DNA of 56,658 nucleotides, taken from the IMG/VR virus record IMGVR_UViG_3300032820_000002. One strand, 5' to 3'. This DNA comes from an uncultured virus (IMG/VR IMGVR_UViG_3300032820_000002) (Duplodnaviria > Heunggongvirae > Uroviricota > Caudoviricetes). Below the pieces are notes generated by a model that did no database searches, was not told where the DNA came from, and worked only from the letters and a program-made list of their open reading frames with translations. The position numbers and the translations under genes are program-made. Shown here in pieces: positions 18,046 through 28,758 of the stretch (its first letter is position 1; every line of letters starts with the position of its first letter).

Positions 18046-18668
18046 AAAAAGTATACGACTATTGGTTGCCTGATTCAGACAATCATTTTGAAAGATTAAT
18101 AACTAAAAGAGTAAACAACGGAGGGCCACCTCAATATCAAGACGATGTAAGAGATGCTGCTTATCCATTTGTGAAAAATTTTAAGATTGCAGTTGATGTT
18201 GGTGCTAATGTAGGATTTTGGGCACGACCTCTTGCAAAGAAATTTGATCATGTTATTGCATTTGAACCAATAGACCACGTATATAAATGTTTAGAATTAA
18301 ATGTAGAAGGCCTTCCTGTTACTATTAATAAGCATGCATTGGGTAGTATTAATAGTACTGTTAATATGGTTTTTAATAATGAAAATACTGGTGCTAGTCA
18401 TGTAGACGAGTCGACCATGGGTACTGGAAGTATAGAAATAAAACGTTTAGATGATTTAGATTTACCACAATTTGATTTATTAAAAATCGACTGTGAAAGA
18501 TACGACCTTGAAGTACTTAAAGGTAGTATAGAAACAATATTAGATTATAAACCTATTATAGTTGTAGAACAGCATCCCGATACAAATCTTTGTGCTGGAA
18601 GTTTCTTAAAAGAGCACGGTGCATTACAATTATGTAATGTTCGAAAAGATTATATTTTTGGTTGGTAA
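18042..18668 (+). CDS. FkbM-family methyltransferase
   Basis: VDVGANVG, AFEP, ALG, RLDD, LKIDCE....VL.G. Confidence 0.9.
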   Translation: MKKVYDYWLPDSDNHFERLITKRVNNGGPPQYQDDVRDAAYPFVKNFKIAVDVGANVGFWARPLAKKFDHVIAFEPIDHVYKCLELNVEGLPVTINKHALGSINSTVNMVFNNENTGASHVDESTMGTGSIEIKRLDDLDLPQFDLLKIDCERYDLEVLKGSIETILDYKPIIVVEQHPDTNLCAGSFLKEHGALQLCNVRKDYIFGW

Positions 18669-18690
18669 AGCAGCAGTAATAAATATCTAT

Positions 18691-19461
18691 GTGAATAAAA
18701 TAGTATTAGTAACTGGCGGGTTTGATCCCATTCATTCTGGTCATATAGAATATTTTAAAGCTGCTCGAAAGTTAGGAGACGAGCTGTGGGTAGGTATTAA
18801 TTCAGATGCTTGGTTAATACGTAAAAAAGGTCGGGCCTTTATGCCCTTTAATGAACGTATAGAAATAATTAAAAACCTTAAAATGGTTGACAAAGTTATT
18901 GATGTTGTTAATGACGATAAAAATAACGATGCAGGAGGAGCAATTTTTAAAGCATTTTCTATAGGTGCAACAAACGTTATTTTTGCTAATGGAGGAGATA
19001 GAACTAAAGAAAATATTCCTGAAATGAAACAATGGGGTAATAACCCTAATGTAGAATTTATTTTTGGTGTAGGAGGAGACAACAAAAAGAATTCTAGTAG
19101 TTGGATATTAGATGAATGGAAATCACCAAAAACAATTAGAAATTGGGGATGGTATAGAGTATTAGACAATAAACCAGGTTATAAAGTTAAAGAACTAGTA
19201 ATAGAACCTGGGAAAAGTTTAAGTATGCAAAGACATTTTTATCGTTCCGAACACTGGTATGTTTTAAAAGGAACTTGCATAATTAAAACTGAAGGAGCAG
19301 CAGGAATACAATCCCTGGAACTTGAAGAACTTTCTAGAGGATATTGTATTGATGCCAACACATGGCATCAAGGAATTAATGAAAGTAATACTTTTTGTCA
19401 TATTTTAGAAGTACAATATGGTGAGAAATGTGTGGAGGAAGATATTGAGCGAAAAATATAA
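18691..19461 (+). CDS. Cytidylyltransferase-like (HxGH) domain fused to a type II mannose-6-P isomerase cupin (start refined to GTG 18691)
   Basis: GGFDPIHSGH, INSD.WL.RKKG, NGGDR, NSSS; then R.WGWY, LSMQRH..RSEHW, EVQYG....EEDI.R. Confidence 0.88.
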   Translation: MNKIVLVTGGFDPIHSGHIEYFKAARKLGDELWVGINSDAWLIRKKGRAFMPFNERIEIIKNLKMVDKVIDVVNDDKNNDAGGAIFKAFSIGATNVIFANGGDRTKENIPEMKQWGNNPNVEFIFGVGGDNKKNSSSWILDEWKSPKTIRNWGWYRVLDNKPGYKVKELVIEPGKSLSMQRHFYRSEHWYVLKGTCIIKTEGAAGIQSLELEELSRGYCIDANTWHQGINESNTFCHILEVQYGEKCVEEDIERKI

Positions 19462-20173
19462 AATATTTGTCGGTTATGATCCTAGAGAAGATATTACTTT
19501 TCAAGTATGTGAACATAGCATACTAAGACAATATCCTAGAGATATTGCTGATGTAGTACCTTTAGTTCAAGCAGATTTGCGTAAAGAAAATTTTTACTGG
19601 CGCGATGTTGATAAATTGAGCTCAACAGAATTTACATTTACAAGATTTTTAGTACCAGCATTAATGGATTATAAAGGTTGGGCATTATTTTGTGATAGTG
19701 ATATTGTATTTTTAGAAAGTATTACTAACTTATTTCAACTTGCTGATGACAAGTATGCTGTAATGTGTGTTCAACACGAACATACACCTCAAGTAGGATT
19801 AAAAATGGATGGGCAACAACAATTACAATACCCAAGAAAAAACTGGAGTTCAGTAGTATTATGGAATTGTGGACATCCTAGTAACCAAAAAATTACAATT
19901 GATTTAATTAATGATAAAGAAACAACAGGAAAATATTTACATAGATTTGCCTGGTTACAAGACGAAGAAATAGGATCACTTCCACATGAGTGGAACTGGT
20001 TAGTTGGTTGGTACAAAGAACCTCAAAATGGTAAACCTAAAGCATTACATTATACAGAAGGTGGGCCTTGGTTTAAAAATTATCGTAATTGTGAATATAA
20101 TAAAGAATGGAAAAAAGCATTATACGAAATGATGACCGGAGAATGGGATGGACTACAAAGAATTCTTAGATAA
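19445..20173 (+). CDS. GT-A glycosyltransferase (GT8-like; start likely TTG 19445)
   Basis: IFVGYD.RE, STEFTFTRFLVP, FCDSD (DxD), YPRKNWSS, WNWLVG, HYTEGGPW. Confidence 0.85.
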   Translation: MSEKYKIFVGYDPREDITFQVCEHSILRQYPRDIADVVPLVQADLRKENFYWRDVDKLSSTEFTFTRFLVPALMDYKGWALFCDSDIVFLESITNLFQLADDKYAVMCVQHEHTPQVGLKMDGQQQLQYPRKNWSSVVLWNCGHPSNQKITIDLINDKETTGKYLHRFAWLQDEEIGSLPHEWNWLVGWYKEPQNGKPKALHYTEGGPWFKNYRNCEYNKEWKKALYEMMTGEWDGLQRILR

Positions 20174-20816
20174 AAAGTTTTTAGACGATGTTACTAATAA
20201 AGAAAATAAAATAAAAGTAACAGAAATTGATGATTTTATTGGTGTTTTTGATAATGCTGCATCAAAAGAATATTGTAAACTCCTTATAGATTATTTTAAT
20301 AGAATGCAAGATATAGGTCGTACAGTTGATAGAAAAATTAATGAAAACGCTATAGCTACTAAAAAAGACAATTCTTTATATTTTTTTATGAGTGAGTCTG
20401 ATCCTTTGTGGTTAGGCGAACAAACATATCTTACAGTTCCTTTTATTAAAGCAATTGAAGATGCTTATAAATTATATGTAGAAAAATATGGAACTTTAGA
20501 AACAATTGGCAGGCATATGTTAAATCATGATATAAAATTACAAAAAACTCTACCAGGAGAAGGTTATCATGCATGGCACTGTGAAGCTGCTGATATGTCT
20601 TCATCTAAAAGAGTACTATTATGTATGTTATATTTAAATGATGTAGAAGAAGGTGGAGAAACAGAATTTTTAAATCAACATAAAAGAATAAATTCTGTAG
20701 AAGGGCGAGTAGTATTATGTCCAACTGCTTTCACACATGCTCATAGGGGGAATCCTCCATTAAAAACAACAAAATATATGATAAATGGTTGGATAGAATT
20801 TACGTCTTATGATTAA
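20148..20816 (+). CDS. 2OG-Fe(II) oxygenase
   Basis: YHAWHCE, YLNDVEEGGETEF, THAHRGNPP, KY. Confidence 0.9.
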   Translation: MDYKEFLDKKFLDDVTNKENKIKVTEIDDFIGVFDNAASKEYCKLLIDYFNRMQDIGRTVDRKINENAIATKKDNSLYFFMSESDPLWLGEQTYLTVPFIKAIEDAYKLYVEKYGTLETIGRHMLNHDIKLQKTLPGEGYHAWHCEAADMSSSKRVLLCMLYLNDVEEGGETEFLNQHKRINSVEGRVVLCPTAFTHAHRGNPPLKTTKYMINGWIEFTSYD

Positions 20817-22533
20817 AGATAAAATATTAAAAGACACTACTAATAAACCAAATGCCTACAATCAGTTGGTTGAACCGTTAATAGTTTTTATAGGCTATGA
20901 TGAAGAAAAAGAAACTAATTATCACTTAGCTAAACAAAGTATTCTTGAAACTGCTTCAGAACCAGTTGCTATTTTTCCATTAAAACAACATGATCTTAGA
21001 AACGAACAGCTATATTGGCGTACAGAACTTGTCGAAGGTGACGAGTTTGTTATTAGTCAATTTACATTTACAAAATTCTTAATACCACATTTAATGAATT
21101 ACGAAAATTGGGCATTATATTTAGATTGTGATTTTATTTTTAAAAATGACATTGTTTCTCTTTTTTATAGAAAAGATAAGAATTTTGCTGTTTCTTGTGT
21201 TCAACACAAACAGAAACATGGCACGGATCATCCACGAAAAGAATGGGCTAGTATGATGCTATTTAATTGTGCTCATAAACAAAATAAAAAACTAACTTTA
21301 GAACTTATTAATGATCCCGATACAACAGGAGCATATTTACATGAATTTAAATGGTTAAAAAATCACGAATTAGGAATATTGCCGCATCAGTGGAATTGGA
21401 TAATAGGTTTATATGATGATCCTAAAGATGGAAAACCTTCTGCTATTCATTATACCCCCGAATGGTTAGAAAATCCTACAAATAATAGTGAATATATTTT
21501 AGACTGGTATAAAGTAGAAAATGCATACCTACAAAGTCAGGTTGAAAAAACTCAAAAACAATTACAACGAGAGAAAGAAAGAGTTATAGAAATTAACGAT
21601 CTAACTTTAAGTCCTGCTGTAAAAAAAGTCTTAAATAATGTAATAATTAAAAGAATTGATCCAAACCAAAAATTCTATAAATTAGAAAAGGAGGAACCTA
21701 TGGGAAAAGTTGTTGCAATTGCCCCTGATGAAGAAGGCTTCAAAAATAAAGGGCTTAAATATGATCCTTATTGCGAAGATTTTGTAAAAGGTGCTGGAGG
21801 AACAATCTCGACCTGGAATTTACAAAAAGGTACAAAATGGCCTTTAGTTATAAGAGGCTTGGGCGGCACTAGTCGAAAAGCAATAACATACTGTAAAGAA
21901 AACAATAGAGAATTTTATGCAATAGATACAGGATATATGGGCAATGAAAAAACAAAAATATATCATAGAATAACCAGAAACGCAGTTCAAAATACTGGAC
22001 CAGTTATAGACCGTCCAACAGATCGATTAGAAAAAATAGGTTGGCATACAAGAGGAACTATTCCTTATGAACCGCCAGAAAAAAAGAGCAAGCGGACAAA
22101 TATTTTAATTTGTCCTCCTAGTAAAAAAGTAATGGTATTTTATGGTGAAGATTTAGATACCTGGATGAAAAGGACCGTTTCCGAAATAAAAAAATATACT
22201 GATAGAAATATTGTTATGCGGCTTAAACCTCCTAGAGGTGAAAGAGTAACAACTAATACTATTCAACACGCATTTGATTCAGCATATTGTGTTGTAACAT
22301 TTAATAGTATTGCAGCTACAGAAGCATTATTATATGGACTTCCTGCTATAGCATTGGCTCCAAATAATTCTGCTCGAATATTATGCAACACTTCAATACA
22401 TGAAATAGAAAATTTAAATCGTCCTACTATAGACGAAATTACTGCTTTTGCTGCACATCTTTCTTATTGCCAATTTACATCACAAGAAATGAAGAACGGT
22501 TTTGCATGGGAAATTCTTAATGAGAGTAATTAG
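20809..22533 (+). CDS. Fusion of GT8-like glycosyltransferase and capsule-biosynthesis-like (GT-B) domain
   Basis: N-half paralogous to 19445 (IFIGYD, LDCD, PRKEWAS, WNW); C-half IDTGY, ILICPPS, VTFNSIAATEALLYGLP. Confidence 0.75.
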   Translation: MIKDKILKDTTNKPNAYNQLVEPLIVFIGYDEEKETNYHLAKQSILETASEPVAIFPLKQHDLRNEQLYWRTELVEGDEFVISQFTFTKFLIPHLMNYENWALYLDCDFIFKNDIVSLFYRKDKNFAVSCVQHKQKHGTDHPRKEWASMMLFNCAHKQNKKLTLELINDPDTTGAYLHEFKWLKNHELGILPHQWNWIIGLYDDPKDGKPSAIHYTPEWLENPTNNSEYILDWYKVENAYLQSQVEKTQKQLQREKERVIEINDLTLSPAVKKVLNNVIIKRIDPNQKFYKLEKEEPMGKVVAIAPDEEGFKNKGLKYDPYCEDFVKGAGGTISTWNLQKGTKWPLVIRGLGGTSRKAITYCKENNREFYAIDTGYMGNEKTKIYHRITRNAVQNTGPVIDRPTDRLEKIGWHTRGTIPYEPPEKKSKRTNILICPPSKKVMVFYGEDLDTWMKRTVSEIKKYTDRNIVMRLKPPRGERVTTNTIQHAFDSAYCVVTFNSIAATEALLYGLPAIALAPNNSARILCNTSIHEIENLNRPTIDEITAFAAHLSYCQFTSQEMKNGFAWEILNESN

Positions 22534-23452
22534 TTATCTTAATTCTGTACCGAGGATTAATAATAATCCTCAAAAAACTCAATTGTTACACGACTTTATT
22601 ACTGGTGTAAAAGTAATAGGAGACGAAGGTATACTTCATTCGGGTGATAATTTATTAACATGCGATGTATCAGTAATTCAAGGATGGGTGTATAGTCAAA
22701 TTACAACTCCTCATTTACGCCTTCGAAACGCTATAATACAATCACAAAAAACATACAATAAACATACTGTAGTTGCTGATGGGAGCTTATTTTTATATAA
22801 AGATAAAGTAAACCCGCACGGTTATTTACGATACAGTTTTAATGGTATTTTTCCTACTACAGGAGAATATTGTGATAGTAAAATAGATCCAGGAAGATGG
22901 AAAAGTATTTCAAAAATATTAGGTATAACAATTGAAGATTATAAGCGGCAAGGGTCTCATATACTTTTAATGTGTCAACGTCAAGGTGGCTGGAGTATGA
23001 AAGGGTATGATGTTGTTGAATGGATTAAAAACACTGTAGAAAGTATTCAACAATATACTGATAAAAAAATAATTATAAGAAGTCATCCAGGAGATAAACG
23101 GGCAGTATCTTATTTAAAAAAACGAAAAGGTCATCCCTTATTAACTTTACAAAATGTAGAAATAAGTCCGTCAGGCCGTCCTTTAGAACATGATTTACAC
23201 AATGCTTGGGCAGTAGTTAATCATAATAGTAGTGCAGCCGTTGGTCCTATTATCAAAGGGTATCATTGTTTTTTAACAGATCCAAAAGATAGTCAATGTA
23301 GCGAAGTTAGTAATAAAGATTTTAGAAATATAGAAACCCCTAAAGAATTTAATAGAGAAGATTGGCTTAAAAGAATAAGTATGTGCCATTGGTCATTCCA
23401 TGAACTAAAAACTGGTGCTTGCTGGAAACATATGAGAGAATTTGTACAATGA
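22520..23452 (+). CDS. Capsule polysaccharide biosynthesis-like (KpsC/KpsS-type) protein
   Basis: ILLMCQ, IRSHPGD, AWAVVNHNSS; paralog of neighbours. Confidence 0.55.
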   Translation: MRVISYLNSVPRINNNPQKTQLLHDFITGVKVIGDEGILHSGDNLLTCDVSVIQGWVYSQITTPHLRLRNAIIQSQKTYNKHTVVADGSLFLYKDKVNPHGYLRYSFNGIFPTTGEYCDSKIDPGRWKSISKILGITIEDYKRQGSHILLMCQRQGGWSMKGYDVVEWIKNTVESIQQYTDKKIIIRSHPGDKRAVSYLKKRKGHPLLTLQNVEISPSGRPLEHDLHNAWAVVNHNSSAAVGPIIKGYHCFLTDPKDSQCSEVSNKDFRNIETPKEFNREDWLKRISMCHWSFHELKTGACWKHMREFVQ

Positions 23453-24303
23453 CTATAGAAACAAATATTACAATGGTGACAACTTTTCATAAAGAAGGTC
23501 TTGACTTATATGGTCAACGTTTTTTACACAGCTTTGAAAAACATGTTGATAAAAAAGTAGACTTGTTGGTATATGCTGAAGATTGTCAACCCGAAGTAGA
23601 CGATCCAGTTCAAATCCACATTCTTGATGCTAAACAAGAATTGCCTAAATTAAACAGATTTAAAGATAAATGGAAAGACGTTCCTAAAGCAAATGGACAG
23701 TGCCCCTTTCCAGAACGTCGACCCAAAGACTATCATAAAGAATTTAAATGGCATGCTATTCGATTTGCTAATAAAGTATATGCAGTATTTGATGCGTGTG
23801 AACGTAATGCTGGTTGGTGTATTTGGATAGATGCAGATACATACGTACATAGTAATTGGAAGTTTGAACAATTACAAGAACTATTACCAAACGATAAATG
23901 GATCACATATGTAGGTAGAGGAAAAGGATCACAAACTTGGCCCGAATGTGGATTTTACGGACTAAATTTAAATAATCAAACCTGCAAAGATTTTTTAAAA
24001 GAATTTGAAAGATATTATGAAGATGCCAATAATGGGATTTTCACATTAGAAGAATGGCATGACTCTTATGTTTTTGGTACTATACTTGATAAATTTAAAA
24101 AAAATAATCCTAATGTTTTAGATTATAGTGAAGGCATATATAACAAAACAGCTAAAACAGGAGGTGGAGGTCATCCTTTAATTAATAGTAAATTAGGACG
24201 GTACATTGATCATATGAAGGGCGGTCGAAAACAAATAGGTAAAAGTTTAACAAAAGATTTATTAGTACCGAGACAGGAATCTTATTGGAATAATGAAGTT
24301 TAG
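23449..24303 (+). CDS. Nucleotide-diphospho-sugar transferase (GT-A)
   Basis: A.RFANKV.A, IWIDADT DxD, ECGF, EWHDS.VF, DH.KG.RK. Confidence 0.75.
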   Translation: MTIETNITMVTTFHKEGLDLYGQRFLHSFEKHVDKKVDLLVYAEDCQPEVDDPVQIHILDAKQELPKLNRFKDKWKDVPKANGQCPFPERRPKDYHKEFKWHAIRFANKVYAVFDACERNAGWCIWIDADTYVHSNWKFEQLQELLPNDKWITYVGRGKGSQTWPECGFYGLNLNNQTCKDFLKEFERYYEDANNGIFTLEEWHDSYVFGTILDKFKKNNPNVLDYSEGIYNKTAKTGGGGHPLINSKLGRYIDHMKGGRKQIGKSLTKDLLVPRQESYWNNEV

Positions 24304-25138
24304 CTTATGGACACACAACGGTGCAAAAAATAGCAGACCTGTTTTTGATAGTTTCGCTCACAGCATTTTTAATGCTGGTGGGGATGTTGTCTACAATGAT
24401 ATTAATTCTGACGTGGCTGTTATTTGGAGTGTTCTTTGGTATGGCCGAATGTCTTCAAATAAAAAAGTATGGGACTTATTTCGTTCGCAAAATAAACCAG
24501 TAATAGTATTAGAAGTAGGTGGCATTAAAAGAGGAACTACTTGGAAAGTAGGAATTAACGGTATTAATAGGGAAGCAATTTTTGGCCCTAAAAATAATGG
24601 ATCAGAACGAGCAGAACTATTTAATTTGAAATTAAAACCGTGGCGGGTAGATGGTGAATATATTATTATTTGTGGACAACATGACAAAAGTCATCAATGG
24701 CGTAATCAACCTCCGATGTCAAATTGGATACTTGATACTATTTCTACAATACGTGAACACACAGAAAAAACTATAATTATTAGGCCTCATCCACGAAGTC
24801 CTTTACCTTTAATTGAATATGAATTTAAAGGCGTACAACGACAAGATCCTCAAAAACTTGATGGCACATATGACGATTTTGATTTTAATTATCAAAATGC
24901 TTGGGCTGTAGTTAATTGGTCAAGTAATCCTGCTACCCAAGCAGTTATTGATGGAATTCCAGTATTTGTCGGACCAGACAGTTTAGCATGGAATGTTGGA
25001 AATAATTCACTAACAAATATTAATGATCCTTACATGCCCAATAGACAACAATGGCTTAATGATCTTGCATATACAGAATGGACAATCAACGAAATAGCAA
25101 GTGGTTTGCCCCTTAAACTCTTGACACATTACCTATAA
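24293..25138 (+). CDS. Capsule polysaccharide biosynthesis-like (KpsC/KpsS-type) protein
   Basis: VLEVG, IICGQ, IRPHPR, AWAVVNWSSN....A...GIPVF. Confidence 0.6.
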   Translation: MKFSLWTHNGAKNSRPVFDSFAHSIFNAGGDVVYNDINSDVAVIWSVLWYGRMSSNKKVWDLFRSQNKPVIVLEVGGIKRGTTWKVGINGINREAIFGPKNNGSERAELFNLKLKPWRVDGEYIIICGQHDKSHQWRNQPPMSNWILDTISTIREHTEKTIIIRPHPRSPLPLIEYEFKGVQRQDPQKLDGTYDDFDFNYQNAWAVVNWSSNPATQAVIDGIPVFVGPDSLAWNVGNNSLTNINDPYMPNRQQWLNDLAYTEWTINEIASGLPLKLLTHYL

Positions 25139-25149
25139 TATGTTATATT
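25121..25149 (+). promoter_or_regulatory. sigma70 promoter, probably leaderless
   Basis: TTGACA-17-TATATT with TG extension; ATG 6 nt downstream. Confidence 0.7.
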
Positions 25150-25155
25150 ATAAAC

Positions 25156-26403
25156 ATGACTGTAGAAGATTGTTTAGAAATATTAATCGGTTTACAGGAA
25201 AGCCCTAAAGATTCTTTTAAAGTAGAAACAGTTGATTATAAGATATTAACTAGTATTGGTAAGCAAGTATTTACAGGCATTCCTTTAACAGATCGACAAC
25301 ACGAATTGATTAAAACAAAACTTAAATCTTATGAAGATCAATTTATTGCTGCAGGTTATAATTTAGATAACTGTTTGGATAACTTGCGTATGCCTTTAAG
25401 AGAACTAGATCGAACTCGATATATTAAGATAATTGAGAAAGATGACGAAGAAGTAATCGCTATTCGTTTTATTTTTAATAAAAAGTTAATAAGTAGAATG
25501 GAAAAAATAAAACATAGTATGCCTCATTTGTATGATGACACAGATAAAATACATTATTTTCCTTTTAATGAACGCAACGCATTTATTATTATTGAACAAT
25601 TTAAAGATTCGAATTTTGAAATAGAGCCTATGCTTTTAGATTATTATTCTAAAATCAAAGAAATAGATAATAATCAAAACAAATACGTACCCGGAATTTA
25701 TTCTTTTAAATTAGAAAACTTATCTAAAAACGCTGTGGATTACATGATATCATCTATAGGCGAACCTAGTGAAGATAATTTAGCTATTTACAATGATCGT
25801 AAAGAGATATTTGGTCTACATTATTTTGAACAACAAGAATTAGAAAAAAGTTTAAGTGCATTAACAATTCTAAGTAAAAAAATTGTAGTTAGAGAAGCTT
25901 TTCATATATTAATAGATCCTCAACAATATACGCTTAATCGAGTTCTAGAAAGTTTATTAGAATTAAATAGATTTCCGTTAATAGTTCTTTTGCCAGAAGA
26001 AAATCCGTTAACAGGACTTTTAGCTATCTATAACGGGCTTAATGGAATATTTTTTAAAGAAGATTTTAGTGTACTGTTTAGATTAGATAATAATGAAGAT
26101 GATGGTAAAGAATTTAATCAATATATTAAAAATCACAACTTAAATAATACTCTTACAGAAAAGACAAAGGTGGCGTTTATTGGTATTAATAAATTACCTA
26201 AGCCTTTACTTAAAAATAAATGGAATCCTAGCTCTGCACTATTAGTAGAAAGTCATAGATTAAATAGTAAAGTAAGCGCATTTATAGATACATTAGATTT
26301 AATTATACATTATGATACAGAACCTAGCCCTTTTTTTAAATCAAAAAGAAAACTGGCTGGTCCTCCAAGACTAACTCCAGGAGGTAGAATACAAAAAATA
26401 TAA
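25156..26403 (+). CDS. Hypothetical protein upstream of UvsW
   Basis: 415-aa ORF coupled to helicase by TAATG. Confidence 0.75.
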   Translation: MTVEDCLEILIGLQESPKDSFKVETVDYKILTSIGKQVFTGIPLTDRQHELIKTKLKSYEDQFIAAGYNLDNCLDNLRMPLRELDRTRYIKIIEKDDEEVIAIRFIFNKKLISRMEKIKHSMPHLYDDTDKIHYFPFNERNAFIIIEQFKDSNFEIEPMLLDYYSKIKEIDNNQNKYVPGIYSFKLENLSKNAVDYMISSIGEPSEDNLAIYNDRKEIFGLHYFEQQELEKSLSALTILSKKIVVREAFHILIDPQQYTLNRVLESLLELNRFPLIVLLPEENPLTGLLAIYNGLNGIFFKEDFSVLFRLDNNEDDGKEFNQYIKNHNLNNTLTEKTKVAFIGINKLPKPLLKNKWNPSSALLVESHRLNSKVSAFIDTLDLIIHYDTEPSPFFKSKRKLAGPPRLTPGGRIQKI

Positions 26404-27860
26404 TGGCCAGTTGTAAACTAATAGTAGAAGACGAAGTTAATATAAAATTAGAAGGACTTGAAGTGGGAATTAGACGTAAAATATCTAATGCACTCAAGTT
26501 TGAAATTCCATATGCACGTTATATGCCCCAATATAAATTAGGACGCTGGGATGGAAAAATAGCCTTTTTTAGTATAGGAGGAACAGGCTACGTTAATCAT
26601 TTAGATACAATTATAAACATTTTACATAAAAATGCAGTTGAAATAGTTAATATAGACGACAAGCGGCACCAAATAGAATTAAATTTTGATAAAATTACAA
26701 AAGACTTTTGGGGTAATACTTGTTGGCCTAAAGGGCATATTGCAGAAGGTCAAAAAATTGTATTAAGGGATTATCAAGTAGAAGTTATTAATAGTTTTCT
26801 AAAGAACCCCCAGTCTCTTCAAGAAGTAGCTACTGGTGCAGGTAAAACTATTGTTACAGCAACTTTAAGTAAATTAACAGAACCGTATGGACGTAGTATA
26901 GTAGTTGTACCAAATAAAAACTTAGTAACACAAACAGAAGAAGATTATATTAATTGTGGGTTAGACGTAGGTGTATATTTTGGTGATAGAAAAGAACTAG
27001 GTAAGACTCATACTATTTGTACTTGGCAAAGTTTAAACATACTTAATAAAAAAAATATTAATGGCACTACAGCTTTAAGTTTAGCAGAATTTCTTGAAGG
27101 TGTAAATACAATAATAGTAGACGAAGTTCACCAAGCAAAGGCTGAAATATTAAAAAATTTACTAACACGAAATTTACGCAACGCACCAATACGCTGGGGA
27201 CTAACAGGCACAATACCGAAAGAAAAATTTGAATTTGAGGCAATACATGCAAGTTTAGGCCCTGTAATTGGAAACATTAGTGCAAAAGAATTACAAGATA
27301 AAGGAATTTTATCAAATTGTCATGTTAATATAGTACAATTAATAGATACACAAGTTCACCGAACTTATCAAGAAGAACTAAAATATCTTGTTACTAACCA
27401 AGATCGAATTAATTATATAGGAAAAATGATAACCTCTATTAAAGAGTCTGGGAACACATTAATATTAATAGATAGAATCTCGGCTGGAGAACTACTTCAA
27501 GAAATAATTCCTAACTCTGTTTTTATTAAAGGAGATGTTAAATTAAAAGATAGACAAGAACACTATGATGAAATAAAAAACGCTTCAGATAAAGTTATTA
27601 TTGCTACATATGGCGTTGCTTCAGTAGGTATTAATATACCTCGTATCTTTAACCTTATATTAATTGAGCCTGGTAAATCTTTTGTTAGAGTAATTCAATC
27701 CATAGGTCGAGGTGTACGTAAGGCAAAAGACAAAGACTTTGTACAAATATGGGATCTTACATCAACGTGTAAATTTGCAAAGCGACATTTAACACAACGT
27801 AAGAAATTTTACAAAGAAGCAGAATATCCCTTTACTATAGAAAAAATAGAATGGGACTAA
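26403..27860 (+). CDS. uvsW: UvsW-like SF2 helicase
   Basis: LRDYQ, ATGAGKT, VDEVH, GLTGT, GINIP, QSIGRG.R. Confidence 0.9.
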   Translation: MASCKLIVEDEVNIKLEGLEVGIRRKISNALKFEIPYARYMPQYKLGRWDGKIAFFSIGGTGYVNHLDTIINILHKNAVEIVNIDDKRHQIELNFDKITKDFWGNTCWPKGHIAEGQKIVLRDYQVEVINSFLKNPQSLQEVATGAGKTIVTATLSKLTEPYGRSIVVVPNKNLVTQTEEDYINCGLDVGVYFGDRKELGKTHTICTWQSLNILNKKNINGTTALSLAEFLEGVNTIIVDEVHQAKAEILKNLLTRNLRNAPIRWGLTGTIPKEKFEFEAIHASLGPVIGNISAKELQDKGILSNCHVNIVQLIDTQVHRTYQEELKYLVTNQDRINYIGKMITSIKESGNTLILIDRISAGELLQEIIPNSVFIKGDVKLKDRQEHYDEIKNASDKVIIATYGVASVGINIPRIFNLILIEPGKSFVRVIQSIGRGVRKAKDKDFVQIWDLTSTCKFAKRHLTQRKKFYKEAEYPFTIEKIEWD

Positions 27861-27873
27861 ATGGGAACAATAT

Positions 27874-28380
27874 ATGAGAATTTTAACACTTGATAATGAA
27901 TGTTTTTCTTTAAAAAATTTACCTAATGAATTAGAAGACGATGTAAGGTTTTGTGTTTTAGATAATTCAAATCCTAAAGATCCAGATTTCTTTTTTATTC
28001 CTTTAATTTTTTTAGAAAGTTTTAACTCGCCTGCAATGGTTTTAGAAATAGCAGGCAACGAAGTTGTAATGCCTATTGATTGGTCAATTGCTGTAGGTGA
28101 CAGTCAAACAGGAAATGATTTAGAAGTACTACCTTTAACTAGTATTAATGATAGAGGATTTGAAGCATTTATATATAATCCGTTAAGTAGTTATAAAATA
28201 GATTATGGGTCAATTAAAATTGTAAATTTCTATAATGATGTTAAATGGTATTTTCCTAAAATAAAGAATGCTCAATTGCTAAGTATTCCTATTACAGAAG
28301 GTAAAAAACCTCTATGTGCATATTTTATTAAAGAAATTTCTCGTCAATCAGAAATGATAGATTATGGTAAATTATTATAA
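27874..28380 (+). CDS. Hypothetical beta-rich protein
   Basis: 168-aa ORF in replication operon. Confidence 0.75.
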   Translation: MRILTLDNECFSLKNLPNELEDDVRFCVLDNSNPKDPDFFFIPLIFLESFNSPAMVLEIAGNEVVMPIDWSIAVGDSQTGNDLEVLPLTSINDRGFEAFIYNPLSSYKIDYGSIKIVNFYNDVKWYFPKIKNAQLLSIPITEGKKPLCAYFIKEISRQSEMIDYGKLL

Positions 28381-28395
28381 GTTAGGAGATTAAAA

Positions 28396-28758
28396 ATGAC
28401 AGTTAAAGCAGGAAAAGTATGGGGACAAACAGAATTAATTCATGCTAATGGTGTATTAGAATTTCATCGGATTGAATTTAAAGCAGGTTATAAATGTTCA
28501 GAACACGCACATGAATATAAATGGAACGGATTCTTTGTTGAACAAGGTGAAATGATTGTACGTGTTTGGCAAAGTAACGATCAAGAAGGATTAATTGACG
28601 AAACTATTCTTACTTCGGGAGATTTTACAGTAGTTAAACCAGGTATGGTTCATCAATTTGAAGGAATTGAAGATGGAGTGGCCTTTGAACTTTATTGGGC
28701 AGAATTTGATCATAATGACATTGTCCGCCGATCGGTGGGTTCTGCCATAAATGACTAG
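28396..28758 (+). CDS. Cupin-domain protein
   Basis: K.WG, CSEHAH..K.N.F.V..G, PG..HQF, FELY. Confidence 0.85.
   Translation: MTVKAGKVWGQTELIHANGVLEFHRIEFKAGYKCSEHAHEYKWNGFFVEQGEMIVRVWQSNDQEGLIDETILTSGDFTVVKPGMVHQFEGIEDGVAFELYWAEFDHNDIVRRSVGSAIND

Noticed and set aside
27874..28380. Possible stand-alone Hint/intein-like fold
   Set aside because: No N-terminal Cys/Ser or C-terminal His-Asn; cannot be supported without a profile search
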